A stretch of DNA of 64,000 bases from the human T2T-CHM13v2.0 reference genome, Homo sapiens: NCBI RefSeq assembly GCF_009914755.1, contig NC_060933.1; one strand, given 5' to 3'. Of the stretch, positions 14,845 through 32,591 are shown in pieces (position 1 is the first letter of the stretch; each line of letters opens with the position of its first letter). A model generated the notes under the pieces. The model worked only from the letters and a program-made list of their open reading frames with translations, did no database searches and was not told the DNA's origin. The position numbers and the translations under genes are program-made.

Positions 14845-15750
14845 TTGTTGAGATATAATTCACATACCATACAAATTACCCATTTAAAGTGTACAATTCA
14901 ATTATTTTCAGTATATTCACAGAGTTGTGCAACCATCGCCTCAATCAATTTTAGAACATGTTCATCACCCCAGAAACAAACCTCATACCCATTAGCAGTC
15001 AAACCCCCATTTCCCCTCAAGCCTCCTCAGCCCTGGGCAACCATTAATCTGTTTTCTTTCTCTATAGACAGAAATTGGACTATTCTGGACTTTTCACATA
15101 AATAGAATCATGCAATACATGGCCTTTTGTGTCTGGCTTCTTTCACTTAGCGTAATGTTTTCAGGGTTCTTATGTATTGCATGATATTTTGGTTTTTTAT
15201 TGACAAGCCACATTCCATTATATGGATGTACCATATTTTATTTATCCATTCCTCCACTGATGGACACTGGGTTGTTTTTACTTTTTGGTTATTATGAGTA
15301 ATGCTGCTGTGAACATCCGTGTAAAAGTTTTTATGTGGATGCATATGATCATTTTAATCAGATATAGAATTTGGAGTGGAATTGCTGGGGAATATTTAAC
15401 TCCATAACATTCTGAGGAACTGCCAGACTGTTTTCTAAAGTATCTGCACTATTTTACATTCCCACCAGCAGTATATGAGGGTTCCAATTTCTCCAGATTT
15501 TTGCCAACACCTATCTTTTTGTTTATAGCCATTCTGTTGGGTGAGAAGTGGTATCTCATGGTGGTTTCAATTTGCATTTCCCTAATGATGAATGATGTTG
15601 AGCATCTTTTGAGGTGTATATTGACCATCGGTATATCTTATTTAGAGAATTATGTGTTCAAATCCTTTGTCCATTTTAAAATTGATTCATTTGCCTTTTA
15701 TTATTGAATTGTAAGTGTTCTTTATATATTCTATATATCACAGGCTTTTT
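14845..15750 (-). mobile_element. L1MB-type 3' fragment
   Basis: gagatataattcacataccatacaaattacccatttaaagtgtacaattc; ttacattcccaccagcagtatatgagggttcc. Confidence 0.8.
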
Positions 15751-16008
15751 AATTTTTTTCTTTATGCTTTCTCTATTTTCTAAATTTTCTACAATGACTA
15801 TGAGGTACCTTGATGAGCAGAATGCATAACCAGTATGTACCAACATATATAAAAATGTAGAAACTGTCCTCATCAAATTTATGAATGACATAGAACTGGA
15901 AAAGATGACTAATGTGTCTTTTGACAAAATCAAGATCCATTCTTGGAGGAATGGAGCAATGAGTGAAATATAAATTCCTCACTTCAGTTAAAAAATTCTG
16001 TAAGGGTG

Positions 16009-16370
16009 TGATATGGTTTGGCTGTGTCCCCATCCAAATCTCATCTTGAACTGTAGTTCCCATAATCCCCAGGCATCATGGGAGGAACCAGTGGGAGGTA
16101 ATTGAATCATGGGGACAGGTTTTACCTGGCTGTTCTTGTGCTAGTGCATACGTCTCATGAGATCCGATGGTTTTATAAAGGGCAGTTCCCCTACACATGC
16201 TCTCTTGCCTACCGCCATGTAAGAGGTGCCAATGCTCCTCTTTCACCTTCTGTCATGACTGTGAGGCCTCCCAGCCATGTGAAACTGTGAGTCCATTGAA
16301 CCTCTTTAATTTTTATAAATTACCCAGGCTCAGGTATTTCTTTATAGCAATATGAGAATGGAGTAATACA
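16009..16370 (+). mobile_element. THE1 (MaLR) solo LTR, inside L3/CR1-like remnants
   Basis: TGATATGGTTTGGCTGTGTCCCC...TAATACA; 5-bp TSD GGGTG/GGGTA. Confidence 0.9.
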
Positions 16371-17170
16371 GGGTATATGAGGAAAGGGTCTCTTTCTGCA
16401 TGTGTGGGAAGCGGCCTTAGATGACCTCAGGACAATGTTCAACCTTCAGTGTCTATGATTTTCATGTTAGGTAGGGGTAGATCACTATTGAGAAGGGCTC
16501 ATAAAATAATCTGATGGCCTTGGTGTCCTACAAGCTAAGTGGAAACCAACAGTGTGACATGGCTTCTGAAAAGAGATGGTGTGACCTGAGGTGACAAGAA
16601 CAAAAGCAGGGCCTGAACTGAGGGAGGTGTTTGTCCCGCTGTTTGGGGCTGCTTAAACCACATCTGGAGCTTGTGTTCAGATCTAGACACCACCAGGGAA
16701 TCAGAGAGCCATCTATGTGGCCAGGACGGGGAGGGAAGAGTTAAGAAACCCTATCACAGGAAGAAAGTGCAGATTCATGACCAGGCACTGCATCTCCAAA
16801 GGGCTCCTCTAGGGCAGAGGGCATAGATATGGTCTGCCAGGACTTTATGCTCTCACTTACCTGGACATTCACAGTGGTCTGCCTGGGCAGGATTTCTTCT
16901 CCCTTCAGACCATGAGACCCAGGACTGCTCCACGTCCCCCATCTCTCAGAAGCTAAAGACGGAAGCAGCAACAGGGTGAGAATCTGACCTGAGGTCCACA
17001 CTGCAGAGATAAGAAGGTGCCAAAGACTCTACTGGCTAGCAAACTCAGGATGCTGTGGAGTCCAAGCTGGTAATAAAAGCAAGTCAGGTGTTTGCCTTTA
17101 AAATGTATAGAAATGTCTTTATTTACACAAACAAATACATTGTACTCAATTTTTCTTTTTCCTCCTGTTA

Positions 17171-17338
<168 letters not shown>

Positions 17339-17614
17339 TTAGCCAGGTGTGGTGGTGTGTGCCTGTAGTCCCAGCTACTCTTATTTGTTTTTACAATAAG
17401 AAAAACAACAGCACATGTGTGAGGCGAAGTAACCTCTGCTGGTCATCCTCAGTGCTGGGGGACAACGCAGAGGGGAGGGGCAGCAGTGACCGGCTGCAGC
17501 AGGCCCAGTGAGGCCGTCTCCCACTTTGTTAAAGAGGAGTTAGAAATCTGGATTTTAATGTGAAATCTTCCAGTTTCTAAATGTTTACACCAATGTTTAA
17601 AAACACACACAGGC

Positions 17615-18051
<437 letters not shown>

Positions 18052-18736
18052 TCAAATTAAATTGGGATCAATCTCTTTATAGTACAACTGCAAAACCACC
18101 CCTGACCTGCACAGCCTCTGCCATTAGTCCTCACGCCAGTGTCTAGACCACTCCATTCATTCATTCATTCACTCACACATTTACTCCTAGGGCTCGGTTG
18201 CACAGCATCATTGAATCAAGTGGATTAAATGTGTTTTCTGCATCTCTGAGTCCCTTGGAACCTCCTAACCACATACGCCTGGGTACAGAGAAAGGCCCAG
18301 AGACACCCTAGGTCCCCTCCTAGCGCCCCTTCTGGAGGAAGGCTACCACAGGGAAGAAGTTTCCTTGGGCACTTTGTATGTCACTTTCCTTCTGGGAAGC
18401 AGCCTGGCACGGTGAACAGCAAGCATGGGGTTTACTGGACTTGTGGCCCTGAGCAAGCCACTGATGTCCCAGCCTAGGCCTGCCCACATGTTCAGTAGAA
18501 GTGCTGACACAGAGGAGCGGAAGAAACAGGGCTGGGTTTGAATCCAGGCTCAATCAACTTGAGCGGATTATTTAATATGTATGAGCCTCAATTTCATCCT
18601 CTATAAAGTTGGGATAAAACTGCCTACTCTCCAGGCCTGTTCTTTGCATTCAAAATTAGAAATAAATTTGCACGTTGAATGTCCTGCTCAGCAGATGCCC
18701 AGGAAGAGGGGCAGTGATTGTCATTGTTACTGATAG

Positions 18737-18750
18737 CCAGTAGAGGGCAC
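18737..18750 (+). promoter_or_regulatory. Candidate CTCF core motif
   Basis: CCAGTAGAGGGCAC matches CCASYAGRKGGCRS at all 14 positions. Confidence 0.5.
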
Positions 18751-20149
18751 CAAACCATTCTTTAATGAAAGCGGCCTCGGTTGTCCTGGCCACAAATGCA
18801 AGAAAGCCTTTACACCCCAGGCTGCAGGAGGTTCCCTAAGTATGTAGGTTATTCATACACACGCTCCTTTTTTATTGGAAAGTTAGAAATTGCACTACAT
18901 TGTACCTTGGGGGTGAAGGTGACATTAACAAAAGCAGTTTGGAGTAGTGGAAAGGATACTCCAAAGGGGAAGGCTTGCAGGATGTGGGTTCTTGCCCTTG
19001 CCCTAGCCCTTGTGCTGTGTGACCCAGACACAGCCTGTGTCTGGACCCCCTCTTGTAGCCTGAGAGGGTCGGACCAGGAGATCTCTAAGGGACACTCCAG
19101 CTGTCTATGATTAAGATTCTGGGACAAATAAATGTCATGAGGCAGCAGGTGGGGGGACTGGGTGGGGGGACATGGAGTAAATGACCTCTGGATGCCCTCA
19201 CTGGGGCTGGGACTTGATGATTTGTACACAGTCAAGGGAAGCCACATACAGGCTAATCTTGGCCTCACAAAGGAGTGTGGTTAGAGTTGTTGGGTGGTGG
19301 CGATGTTTTCCTGCAAGCGCACACGATGTTTATCGTCTTCGTACAGGTTGATGCTGAAGCCACGAAGACCACCCAGCCTGACAAAGAAAGGAATTCTTGT
19401 CTGCGGTTGACAGCCCTCAGGTTGACGGCTTTCCATTTGCCCCCCGAGGCTGTCACTCGCAGAACAATGGCAACAAGCAGGGTGGCTCTCACCTGAGACT
19501 GGCGCTGCCGCCAGAGGAGGGGGCAGGCCAGAATGGAATGGGGAGGTGTTGTTTCTCCTCCCAGGATAGGAAGGTTATAGGATCACTCCTGCCTACAGCG
19601 GACATGCTTGGAGAGTCTGTGGAGGATTATTTTCGTGTGGATGGTGTCTCATCCCATAGATCAGAAAGCGGGAAGTAGTTAAGATGTTACTCTTCATTTA
19701 AAAAAATTATAATGAACTACGGATACACATAAAAACATAAATAAATCTCAAAAGCATTATATTGAGCAAAATAGGCCATATATAAAAAGAGTACGAACTG
19801 TACAATTTCTATTTCTTCAAAGGACGCAAAACTAAGCTACAGTGATAGAAACTGGGTCAATGGTTGCCTCCTTAGGCAAGGGGAGGGTTGACTACAAAGG
19901 CTGAGAAGGAACTTTCTAGGGGATGAAAACATTCTAGGTTTCGACTGAGCGATGACATGGATATATACACATTTGTAACTCATTGAACAATGCACTTAAA
20001 AATCAGTGTATTTTACCGTTTGCAAATTATACCTCAGTAACACTGATAAAAACTGCACTACAAAAAAAGTTATAATGACTTTTCTCATTCTCAAAAGAAA
20101 TACATGTTCGTACTAGAAGACTGAAAAAATCAGATTTAAAAAAAAAAAA

Positions 20150-20488
<339 letters not shown>

Positions 20489-20653
20489 TTACCCAGAGGT
20501 AAACATAGTTATCATTTTATATTGATAGTGCCAGTCCTTTATTTTCAGAAAAATGAGATTATACAGTTTTATAGTCTGATTTATTTATGCATTGAATTGG
20601 CAATACATATACACAGTTAAATCTTCAGAAGGTACAAAACAGCATAAAGCAAA

Positions 20654-20870
20654 CTTGTCCATCCCACAGCCATGGGCCACATATGGCCCAGGATAGCTTT
20701 GAATGCGGCCCAGCACATATTCGTAAACTTTCTTTAAACATTATGAAAATTTTTTGCAATTTTTTAAAGCTCATCAGCTATCATTAGTGTTAATGTATTT
20801 TATGTGTGGCCCAAGACGATTCTTATTCTTCCAGTGTGGCCCAGGGAAGCCAAAAGATTGGACACCCTTG
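20654..20870. mobile_element. MER30 hAT DNA transposon
   Basis: ggcccaagacgattctt...gtggcccagggaagccaaaagattggacacc motif. Confidence 0.7.
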
Positions 20871-22828
20871 ACATGAAGTAAAAAATAAATCTCTCTCCCA
20901 TTCTCACTCTCCAGAAGCAACCACTTCTATCAATTGCTCATATATCCTCCTAAAGATATGTCATGTACTGAAAAGCACATATGTATGATGATCTTGAAGG
21001 GAATAAGTGAAAGCACACTATACACAAACCTGTATTTTTTAATATAACATGACAACACAAATATCTTTCAATGTCATGAAAATGTTTCTATGTCATTTTT
21101 AAGCAGACTTTTGATTAAAGTAGAACATAAAAGCAGAAACATGCAAAAAATCATAGGGGTAAATCTCACAGAAACATGCAAACAATCATAGGTATAAATC
21201 TTCGCATATTGACTCTGCTTTTATATTCACCACCAAGATAAAATACGAGACCATTACCTGCATCCCCCAAAATCTTTTGGACCCTCTCCAAGTTACTGTC
21301 ACCTCTTACCCCAAAAGCAACATAATTCTGACTTCTGATTTCTAAAAATGGTCTTGTCTGGCTTTTGAACTATATGGTAGATTATACAGTATTTATTTTT
21401 GTCTATATTTTTTCACTCAACAGTATATGAATGAGATTCATGTTGTTGCATATAGCTATAGTTCATTCACTCATTGACATATATAGTATTCTTTTGTATA
21501 AATATATCACAATTTACTTATCCATTCTACTGTTGATGGACATGGGGGTTGTTTCCAGGTTTCAGCTATTTCAGCTGCTATGAACATTCTTTAGATGTCT
21601 TTTGGTGAACATAGGTATACACTTTTGTTACCTACCTGCTCAGGAGTGCAATTTCTAGACCATAATGTTCAGCTTTAGTGGAAAATGCTGATAGTCTCCA
21701 AAGTGGTTGCAGCAGTGTATGAAAGTTCCAGTTGCTCTACATCTTTACCTAAAACATCAATTTTAATATCAACACAGCATTTCATTATATGGATACACCA
21801 TACTTCATTTTATCAGATTCCTATAGATCAGGGATTCTTTGCCATAGACCTCTGGCACTCTGATAAAGCCTGAGGACTCTGTCTCAGAATGCGACATAGT
21901 AAAACGTGGGCATTATCATTAACACACTAAATCACACCATCCAGTAGCAGGTCTAATAACCAAGCAATTTCAAAATTTCAAAATGAGCATCAACATAAAA
22001 ATATGTTTATTGGCCTTTGTGCTGCTTCTCCCACACAAAATCATTTTCTTTGTTTCTACATTTATTGGCAAAAGTCAATGCATATTCTTGACTTTTGCCA
22101 ACTTTTAATGGCCCATATATATTTAAATTTGTATGTAAGCACTCTTCCTGTGTTATGGATATGAACCATCTCTGTGAAATGTTACAATTGTTTTCATTTG
22201 TCATTAGCTTTGCCATTTTGTGGTCTTTAGAAAGAATTGATGCCCTGTGTTCAGTGCGATGACAAAGATTGGCTAAATAAGTGATAAAGGGAATAGTGAA
22301 GGTTGTTTTATCCTTACAGCAGTCCTGGAGGTTAGACAGGTCCTAGGGCTCATTATCCCCATTTTACAGAGGAAAAGCAGAGCCCCAAGAGGGTAAATGC
22401 TGAAATCATAAGGCTAGGACGTGTTAGAGTTGCATCTCAACAGTCCTTAACTCCTGACTCAAAGCCTTGAAAAACCCCTGCTCACCAGGGAAAGGAAGTC
22501 AAAGGTCCAGGGTGTGTACACAGACAGCCCTTGAAAGGAATGTGGGGTTTTGTGGTTTGGGTTTTTCCTCCCCTTTCTAAGCACGCTTCGCATGCCAGCA
22601 AAGGGTGTGCATTTGTGTATTGGGGGGCAGGAGGGAGGTGCAGGGTTGCATGTCATTCCTCAGCCTTTTCATAAAGGAGGTCAAAGCATGGAGCTTGTGA
22701 TGAAGCTCAAAAGTCCCTTCAGGCTTCTGGTGGTGTGCACCTGTAGAACTCCTGCCAGGAATGACTTGAATGAGACTCACCCCAACAATGAGAACTAGGC
22801 TTTGGGTCCATGTAATATGACTCATTAA

Positions 22829-23172
<344 letters not shown>

Positions 23173-23314
23173 AAAATACCCCCTTTGTGACAACAGAGAT
23201 AGACAAACTCTGCTTCATGGCCTCAAAACTAAAATTGAAAAGATTTTTTAAAGGCTTTACATGCCTATGACACTGCATATCCCAATGAGAAGTCTTCTTT
23301 GTGGAAGATCTCTA

Positions 23315-24718
23315 TTTCATTTTATTTTATTTCATTTCATTTTTGAGGCAAGGTCTTGGTCTGTCACCCAGGCTGGAGTCCAGTGGGGGTGATCTTAGCT
23401 CACTGCATCCTCAGACTCCTAGGCTCAAGTGATCCTCCCACCTCGGCCTCCCAAGTAGCTGGGACTACAGGCCTGCATGAGCCACCACATCCAGCTAATT
23501 TTCTTGATATTTTGTAGAGATAGGGTCTCTCTATGTTTCCCAGGTGGGTCTCGAACTCCTGGGCTCAAGCAATCCTCCCACTTTGGCCTCCCAAATTGCT
23601 TGGAGTGTGAGCCACCATGCCCAGCCTAAGATTTTTTAAAATGACTTTCTGGGCAAATGTTATGGGCACATGCTATATATTGTGCACTCCTTTTGGAGAT
23701 TCACAGTGAAAATTAATATATTTGAGGCTCCAAAAGCCATGCAAAGATAAGCCTGTTGAATATCTGGATGTAGGGTTTACCTGACATCTCTGACCACTGA
23801 ACCTCTTCTCAGGTAACATCTAAGACCTCTTACCAAATGATGGTCCCATGGAATTTAATTTTGGTTACCACTGCTCTAGAACATACTTTCTATTAAATAT
23901 GTTTGCTAGTAACAATTGCAATATTTTAAAACATTAACACATCCCTCCATTAATTCCAATATATGACTTTGAGAAATGTTGACAATGGTTTTGAGCCTAA
24001 ACAGATACAGGTTAAATCCTGAGGCTGAACATGGTGGCTCATGCCTGTAATCCCAGCACTTTGGGAGGCCAAGAGGGGAGGATTACTTGAGCCCAGGAGT
24101 TTGAGACGAGCTGGACAACATAGCAAGACCCCATCTCCACACACAAAAAATCAGCCTATGGTTCCAGCTACTTAGGAGGCTGAAGCAGGAGGATCATTTG
24201 AGCCCATGAGGTGGAGGCTGCAGTGAGTCAGGCTAGTGACACTGCACTCCAGCCTGGGCAACAGGAAGAGATCCTTCTCAAAAAAAAAAAAAAAAACGAA
24301 AAACAAAAAGAAACATTCTAGTACAACAAACCCCAAGAGGTTGCCCACATTCTTTTAAACATGTGCTGTGCTTTTAAATGTATCAAATATTCCTTACTAT
24401 AAGTGCCCTATTGGCTGGGCGTGGTGGCTCACGCCTGTAATCCCAGCACTTTAGGAGGCCGAGGCAGGTGGATCACGAGGTCAGGAGTTCAAGACCTGCC
24501 TGGCCAACATGATGAAACCCTGTCTACTAAAAATACAAAAAAATTAACTGGGCATGGTGGCGTGTTCCTGTAATCCCAGCTACTTGGGAGGCTGAGACAG
24601 GAGAATTGCTTGAACCAGGACCCAGGGGCGGAGGTTGCAGTGAGCCGAGATTGCGCCACTGCACTCCAGCCTGGGCGACAGAGCGAGACTCCATCTCAAA
24701 AAAAAAAAAAAAAAAAAA
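23315..24718. mobile_element. Alu cluster: AluJ (-) 23315-23627, AluJ (+) 24023-24310, AluS (+) 24413-24718
   Basis: Alu consensus motifs and tails. Confidence 0.85.
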
Positions 24719-26315
24719 GTGCACTATTTTCAGAAGTGGATTTTTTTTTATCATACAGATATTTTAATGCATAAGAAATTTATTATGATATACTTTCACT
24801 GTGCTGTACCTTTTGAGTGACTCAGACTTGGCATCTTTATTAATATTCATAAAACATCTTACTTTCAAATGTTTTAGTATTATTAATAATATCATTAATT
24901 TTTATTGAAATTGTATATGTAATTCTCATAAAAATACATAAGTGAATTATCCCTTTGGGGCCTTAAAATATTTCTGAATAGAATATCTTTTTCATATAAG
25001 AGCAATTGATGAACACTTTTAGGTTTTTAGAAAACATAGAAAAGCAGTAAAAGTTGATTATCTATTCTCTCAAATACAATCACTATTAACATTTTCATCA
25101 AGTCTTTTCTTCTATGTGTATACAGATTTTACATAGTTAAAATCTGGGCCCTCTGTTTAACAAGAGTATTAGCATTTGTTTTTATATTCAATAAGTGTAT
25201 AAACGAAGAAAACAATTTAAGGTAAGACTTTCTGCCTTCCAAGAGATGGTGGTGGTTTCAAATACTTGGGGCCCAGAAGGAAGAATGAAGATGTTCCTTC
25301 TAAAACGCAGAGGACAATTCAGCTGTTCCGAATGATGGCCCTGAGTGTCAGCTAACCCCCTCCTGCAGCTAAGTCCCCCTGGGTCCCCCTGCAAGCTCTT
25401 CCCACCCCGGGTGCTGGGACCACCTCTTCCCTCAATCAGACATAAATCAAAGGACCAAGATTAGGAAGGATGGGTGATTTTGACCTTTCTATAACAGAGA
25501 AAATCCAGATAAATGGTCTTCTCTGAACCACCAAGTTTTGCTTTTCTTTTTCTCTCAAGTTGGTAATAACATGAACAATGACACATTACCTTAGAGCTTG
25601 AACTGATGGTCGAGTAGATAATCTAATGTGGGCCTGATGAGACCCTTTACAGATGAGGTAGTTGAGACTCAGGGGGCTTCAGTGACTGGGCCAAGATTCC
25701 CTTTTGGCTGGTAAGTGACAGCTTAGAATCCAAGCTGTGGTCTTTGGAGTCCAAATCTCTGGCCTTTCCTCATTCTGTGAAGACCTGCACCCCTTCTTTC
25801 AGGCAGGTATAAGACACCGTGTAAAATGTCAAACAAAAGTTCAGCTATCTTTGGCTGTGTGGAGATGGAAGATATTTCAATACAACAGAATTAATAGGCT
25901 TATTTTGAAATCCTTCTAATTCCTCAGTCAACTAATCTGAGCCCTAGCTCTGGGCCCTAGATTGCTGGGTTTTCAGCTGTGGCTGACAGGTGCATACTTT
26001 CTGAGCAGAAAACACGCAAGGCTGGGAAGTGGCATGGTTTTCATAATAGCCACAGGTGTTCCAATCTGCCTTTCTGCTTCACGCTTTTTATACTTTACCA
26101 GACAGCAAAGACATGTTGATGAAGACTGGTTTGCCCTTCTGAGGTTGTACATGACTGGAAGGATTTGTTAGGTAAGGGAACTTGCATTTTCCTGCTGTGT
26201 TTCCCCTGGGAAAACAGGACTCTCAAAGACAGTGCCAAAACTTTGAATCTGGAAGTTCTGGCCTAAAGCTGAGTAAGGAAAGTTTTAAAAAATGACAACA
26301 ACAAAATTAGGGTGA

Positions 26316-28143
<1,828 letters not shown>

Positions 28144-28284
28144 AGGCCGGAGAAACACTATGGATGAGATTCAAACCGACAATTGCTGTTTCTAGACACA
28201 AGTGTCCCACCCAAAGGAATATACTGAGAGAGACAAAATAACATCAAACAGGGAAGGGGTGGAGATTCACCTGCTAATTTCTGG

Positions 28285-28742
28285 TGTAGTGGGTTGGATG
28301 GTGGCCCCAAAAGCTGCGTTCACATCCTAATCCCTGCTACCTGTGACTATTACCTTATATAGCAAAAGAGTGATTATTCCCTTATGTGACAAAGATGTGG
28401 TTAAGGATCTTGAGAGGCAGAACTTATTCTGGATTCCGTGGGTTGTCTTATAAGCAATCACATGTGACTTTATAAGACAGACACACAGAGAAGAGGAGGA
28501 AGAAGCAATGTGACCACAGAGGTTGGAGTGATGTGGCCACAAGCCAAGGAATGCATGAGGCCATCAGAAGCTGGAAGAGGCAAGGGATGGACCCTCCCCT
28601 AGAGCCTCAGGAGGGAGTAGGGCCCTCTTTACACCTTGATTTCAGACTTCTGACCTCTAGAACTGCGAGAGAATACATTTCTGTAGTTTTAAGCTACCCA
28701 GGCTGTGGCAATTGGTTATAGTTGCCACCAGAAACTAATATA
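28285..28742 (+). mobile_element. MLT1C/D-type MaLR LTR
   Basis: agaagctggaagaggcaagg, ccttgatttcagacttctgacctctagaactg, gaaactaata end. Confidence 0.8.
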
Positions 28743-31141
28743 CTAGATTACCTTTTGTTAAATTTAATTAATTCCAGGCTGGGCAACATGGCAAAACCTT
28801 ATCTCTACAAAAAATACAAAAACTTAGCCAGGCAAGGTGGCATGCCCCCGTAGTTCCAGCTGCTTGGGAAGCTGAGGTGGGAGGATCTCCTGAACCCAGG
28901 AGATCGAGGCTGCAGTGAGCCCTGATCACTGCATTGATGACAGAGTGAGATCCTGTCTCAAAAAACAAATCAAACAAAAATTCATTTATTCATTCATTTG
29001 AATAGGTAATACATGCATATAGTTCAAAACGTTACCAGTGTAAAGGATATATGCTGAAGAAGAGATCTCTCTCCTTTCCATGGCCAGGAGCCACCTAGTT
29101 TTCCACCCCGGAAGTATCCAACCATTACTTGTTCAAGGTGACTAATCTTTTGCGTGTGACTACAGAATTTTGCAGAGTATCTCAAAATAATCTGGAAGGT
29201 AGAATGTGGTCATGGGGTAATTAATGGAAAGACACCTTGTCCTTGCAGACAGGCAGACCTGGGTTCAAATTCCACCCCAGTTCCAATACATAGAGACTCT
29301 CTGGGCAAGCTCCCCAAGCTCGGAGGGCCTTGGCTTTCTCCACTGTAAAATGGGGATGATGAGGTTTGCTACCTCTAGGACTGCTGTGAGGAGTACATGA
29401 GATGACTTGGGTGCCACTCACAGTGGGTGATGGTGTGCGGCTATGCAGGGAATTCCCATCTTTTGAATTCATGTCTCTGCTGCCCATGTGTCCTGTAGGG
29501 GCTGCTTCTCAGCTCAGGCGTTTCTCTGCTTGGACTCAGTCAGCATGCCCTTTGCTGACATGCCTAAGAGACACAGCTGCATTCTTGCCATTCTGGGGTT
29601 ATTTCTGACTGGCTGCCAGTGGAAATAACTGGTATTTTTTAGGTGTTGATAGAAATCAAGGTTATATAACATCAGTAAGCCAACTTTGGAACCCCTAAAG
29701 AGAGAGGGGTGAGCATCCTGAGGGAAGCAGATGAGCCTGGGCTGCAGACACGGGGCTCTGGGCCTTTGTTCATGCTGTCCTTCACCCATGATGCCTTCTG
29801 TCCCCAGTACAAAAATTCCCATAGCAGCCATGCAATGGCGTCTTCAATGTAAATTGAAAAATACAGGCGTTAGAGGATTCTAATCCACCTTGGCCAGGAT
29901 TCTTTTCCTCAGTGAGCCTCAGTTTTCTTTATCTGTAAAATGAGGATAGTGTTCTTTTCCCTATCTCAGAGTCATCATGTGGGTTACAAGGTAAGAATCA
30001 GGGACCAATTTAGACATGACCTACTCCACCCCTTATTTTACAAATGAGGAACTTGGGACCCAGAGAAAGTAAGTTACCTGCCCAAGATTACCCAGCAAGT
30101 CAGTAGCTGAGCTGGGGCTGGAACTCAGCCTTCAGGAGAGACCCTTTTTCTTTTTAGCAGGCTGGTGAGATGTATACAATAAACCATAACATGCTATGTA
30201 AATGTCATTTGAGGTTACCTGTCTTAAAGATGCCTAGACATCAGTGTACCTGTTTCTTTTCGTAAAGTTTTGTTCCAATGAACGAAGCCCCAAGCCTGTG
30301 CTTTTCAGCCTTTGAAGGAAGCCTACAGGGTATTTGAGTTATCTTTGCAACTGTGGGCCTCTGGTCCTAATTCCATCATGGCCACTGTCTGCTGAAGACA
30401 GCAGTGACTTTGCCTGGCCCTCCCTGCCCCTTGATCAGGAATGCAGGGAATTAGCCTCATGCATAAGGCCACTTGACCTTCTGCAGGGTGACATGGTGAT
30501 GAGGACAGGCGGGGGGACCTTTTAGTGGCAAATGGTTCTTCCCTGAATTGGGTAAACATTCTTGAAATGTACACATCACTCTCAAATATTTGTCTCCCTG
30601 ACTTGTACTTTTTTCTTTCCAAGTTGTATGGAACTAGAAAACAACCTGGGAGGTTTCCAATCAATGAATACCACAATCCAAAATAAAATGTCTTCTTTCT
30701 TCTTTCCTATCATTAAAAATAAAATGAAAGAGTACACTACCTTAAGGAACAAGGCCATTTTCATTGTGTGGAGAACAGTGGTGTTTGAAATAGCAGGAAC
30801 AGGCAGAAAGGAGGTTTGGTCACCTTATTTTAAACAGCTAAAGCCACCCAAATCTCTATTTCTGTTCTCTCATACCTAGAGACACAAAAAAATTCACAAA
30901 AAATAATAAAACCTAGTTAGAATGTAAAGGAGTCAATCAGTTTTCACTTGCAGCAGATTAAATGGTCTAGAATGAAATGAGAGGCATGGAGAGGTCTCCT
31001 GGCCCCTCAGACGTGCTCTCCAAATGTGGAGGCCAGTTCTTTGCATCACTCCACAGTGCATCCCCACACAGATGGCAGAGTGTGAAAGCGTATTGCAACC
31101 CAAATCAGCATCTTCCCTTTAGTACAGTATTTAAAAGGACT

Positions 31142-31740
<599 letters not shown>

Positions 31741-32196
31741 AAAAATAGAAAAAAGTTTACAAAAAATACAAGACAGCCTCGGTTAAAGCAGAAGTCACTG
31801 GCTGCTTTTCCATTTTTGATAGCAGAAGCTTAAATAGATGTGAGTGACTGCAGTTAATGGAAAACATGAAGTCTTCAGCTAAGACTTTTGATCCATGAGA
31901 AAACTTCTTCCATTTCAGTTTGAATTCCTTCAGCAGTAGTCATTGAGAACCTACCCATAGAGTAGGTACACTCTGCACTCTGCCAGGTGGAGGGATTAGA
32001 TTTCATTCTTCCCTTCTGTAAGAGGGGAAGACAGACATATCACCTCTTAATTCAAAAACAAGGTGCAATGAGGCAGGTGCTAAGTAGAGGTGCATGTAAC
32101 GTAGTCAAGGTAATGTAAAACAGAAACAGAAAAATTCTGATAGGAGGGAAATAATCAAGAAAGCTTCATGGAGGAGTTGGGGCAAGAAGGATTCTG

Positions 32197-32591
<395 letters not shown>

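Noticed and set aside
26099-26205. Fibronectin type II-like motif (GNTAGKCKFPY + NKSFQSCTTSEG)
   Set aside because: Needs an extra frameshift and the downstream WC/WGFC motifs are absent; the phase-consistent frame is fully open without it.
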